DNA from: Crassostrea angulata
Taxonomy: Eukaryota
DNA length: 64,000 nt
Assembly: GCF_025612915.1 (NCBI RefSeq)
Contig: NC_069115.1
Location: forward strand, 25,727,757-25,791,756
Reading direction: 5' to 3'
Part shown: piece after piece, positions 61,624-64,000 of the stretch
Numbering within the stretch: position 1 is the first letter of the stretch
Layout of the letters: each line of letters starts with the position of its first letter
Position numbers and translations under genes: made by a program
The notes under the pieces: model-generated
The model's database searches: none
What the model saw: the letters and a program-made list of their open reading frames with translations, nothing else
Told to the model about the DNA's origin: nothing

Positions 61624-62189
61624 GTAATTTTAAAAGATTTTCTATATACATGGATGCAGTATTATATTATATGTTCAGAATGAATGATTGTTGAAAATAA
61701 TAGAGAAAACCAGTGAATTCACTTTAAAAATTTAAATTTAAGAAGTAAAATTTTCATTTAAAATTATATTTTTTCTACTTTCAAAGTCATTTCTGAACAT
61801 GAAACATATTTATCAAACAAAAATGTTAACTTTGTAACTAGTTATTATATTTGAAATATCTCTATATGGAAAAATAACAAGAACATTTTGCGGACTTGTT
61901 ATATATAAGAAATCTGAACTCTCACTGAATCTTACTTGTTACTCAAAATTTGTTTAAACATTAAAAATACTGTACCATAGTTTACCACATATCAGAGTAA
62001 ACATTAATCGAGAAAAAATAAAATCTGAAAAATGAAAATGTTTGTGCCCTTTCAAGATGGCTAGACACATATTTATATATATGTCTAATTCTTATTTTGG
62101 ATCTGTACAGTAATATTTTTTAAAATATAATTTTATAAAGAAGAGATTGATATTTGCTCTCACCTATTAATTATATTTTTTGGCTCAAA

Positions 62190-62369
62190 GTTCAAGTGAG
62201 CGTTTCTGATCACCTGTTGTGTGTCGTCCATCTGTCTGTCCCTCTGTCTGTAAACTTTTCAAACTTTTGACTTCTGCTCTATAACCACTGGGCCAAATTT
62301 AACCAAACTTATTACAAAGCAGCCTTATGGATTAGGAATTTTAAATTGTTTAAAATAAAGAGCTAAACC

Positions 62370-62419
<50 letters not shown>

Positions 62420-62496
62420 TTTGTCCGTCGTCTGTCTGTCCATCTGTCCGTCTGTAAACTTTTTACATTTTGAACTTCTTCTCTAAAACCGCTTAT

Positions 62497-62520
<24 letters not shown>
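62190..62520. repeat. Two satellite-carrier heads in tandem (62190-62335 and 62385-62520), each with double hairpin + (GTCY)n, no 165-bp array behind them
   Basis: agctcaagtgagc...tgatcacct(g/t)ttgt...gtcgtcc(a/g)tctgtctgtcc...taaactttt(c/t)a(a/c)a(c/t)ttt(t)gaacttct(g/t)ctct(a)taa(c/a)c. Confidence 0.7.
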
Positions 62521-62528
<8 letters not shown>

Positions 62529-64000
62529 TTATGGGAGGGCAAATATAAATTGCAGAAATAAAAGTCCGTTCTGCATTCAAAGCGGAGAAAACCTATAAAC
62601 TGTAGAAAAAGGGGGGTGCATTTTTAAAAATCTTCTTCTCAAGAACTACTCACAGAGTCCAATTCAAAGTAGTTTAGCATAAATTATCCTTATGGGAAGG
62701 AAAATATAAATTGCAAAAATTAAGAGCTAATTCTGTTTCAAATCTGAGTTATTACGAAAATAATAATAAAGGAAAGGCGTATTTCAATCAGTTTAATAGC
62801 TTTGGGTGTGGCATCCGGTAAAATGGATAGGCAAGACTTGGCCTGGGCAAAACAAAAGATTGGCAGTTATTAATCTGCCAATCTCATTAAATTTTAGAAT
62901 ATTTGATGGACCAGTATATTTGTATTTGCTGTAAATATTGCTACAAAATAATGCGTATTTGGAATTGACGATTGTCGATCTGCCCCGGCTTTTATTTTGC
63001 CACGGCTCGGGTTTGCATACCCATTTTACCAAGACTCGGTATTCCATACTTCTAAAACGAGGTTCTTTGTTTAAAGCAGCCATGACATTATATGAAAAAG
63101 GGTCGATCTGACTATGATGAATTTGCTTGTTGTGCAACAATTCGCGTATGAAGGGAAATTTTTGAAACATGCAAAATATATTGGTGCCGATTTTGTGAAG
63201 TAAATTGAAGCTAAATATTTCAATGCGTTGACAGTTTTCACACATGACATTGGTGTTAGCTTGTTCTGATTTTCATTTCATTTTCATTATTTATGCTTTG
63301 TAACCTGGGAACTATCGTTTGTATTTCGTGATTTTTACATATCAAATCAAACAGAGACTTCGGTAAATCAAACAGTTAACTGTTTACCTGCATAAATTAA
63401 GCAAAATCTGATGTATCAAAAAAGTACTGAAATACAATTCATTCTATCGGTAATTCGGCATTATCTTTTGCGTAATGGTAGATTAATGCAATAGGTTTTG
63501 TTGAGATGCTCGGTATTTTCTCGAGTTTATTCAGTTTAAATAGAGTTTGATATTGCTGACGGAAATATGTAGGTATATACATAGATATATATGATTCATT
63601 TCGAAAAAATAAATTGTGTTCTTTATTTGTTATAGTGCATGTTTCTTGTGTTTAATTGTTTACAATTTCTATTTACTAACCATATTTGAGTGTTAAGCTT
63701 TGAATTATAAGCAAGATACAGAGGTTTGCTCACGATTCTATGTTTGTACACAGATCTTTAAAACTAAAGATTAAAAAAGTAAAAAATTTGTCAATATTTA
63801 TTAAGAAAATTTTCAAAGTCTGTTCGTTCAGAAACCAACTTTAACAACTTATTGTATTGTAAACTTAACATTTTTTCGTCATTATTACTCCTACTGTACA
63901 TGTGATCCTTGACTGTTTTTGAACCTAATTTGTAGCATCCTCAGATAGTGTAGAGTTAAAGTTTTGAAAATCATGACCCCCAGGGGTAGGATGGGGCCGA

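Overview
Eukaryotic (metazoan) nuclear DNA, extremely repeat-rich, with no prokaryotic-style gene density. The repeat content (satellite-like tandem arrays carried by elements with a palindrome + (GTCY)n head, i.e. Helentron/HINE-like architecture) suggests an invertebrate, plausibly a bivalve mollusc; that assignment is inference only. One host gene is recognisable: nine consecutive + strand exons of a major vault protein (MVP) homologue with canonical AG/GT boundaries, spread over more than 53 kb. Their introns are filled with nested non-autonomous transposons, foldback elements, MITEs, microsatellites and at least five satellite-like tandem-repeat families. The most striking single feature is a structurally complete 2,591-bp piggyBac-like DNA transposon at 46668-49258 (TTAA target-site duplication, 15-bp imperfect TIRs, 541-codon DDD transposase ORF on the - strand). 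It is antisense within an MVP intron and inserted into a host repeat whose uninterrupted paralogue at nt 1-155 predicts the empty site. Its C-terminal cysteine-rich domain is displaced into another frame by a short tandem duplication. Other notable items are a decayed DEDDh-exonuclease-like relic, a tRNA-like element, a nested Tc1/mariner-type MITE with a datable empty site, and G-quadruplex motifs reiterated in every monomer of a 165-bp satellite. No rRNA, CRISPR or operon-like structure is present.
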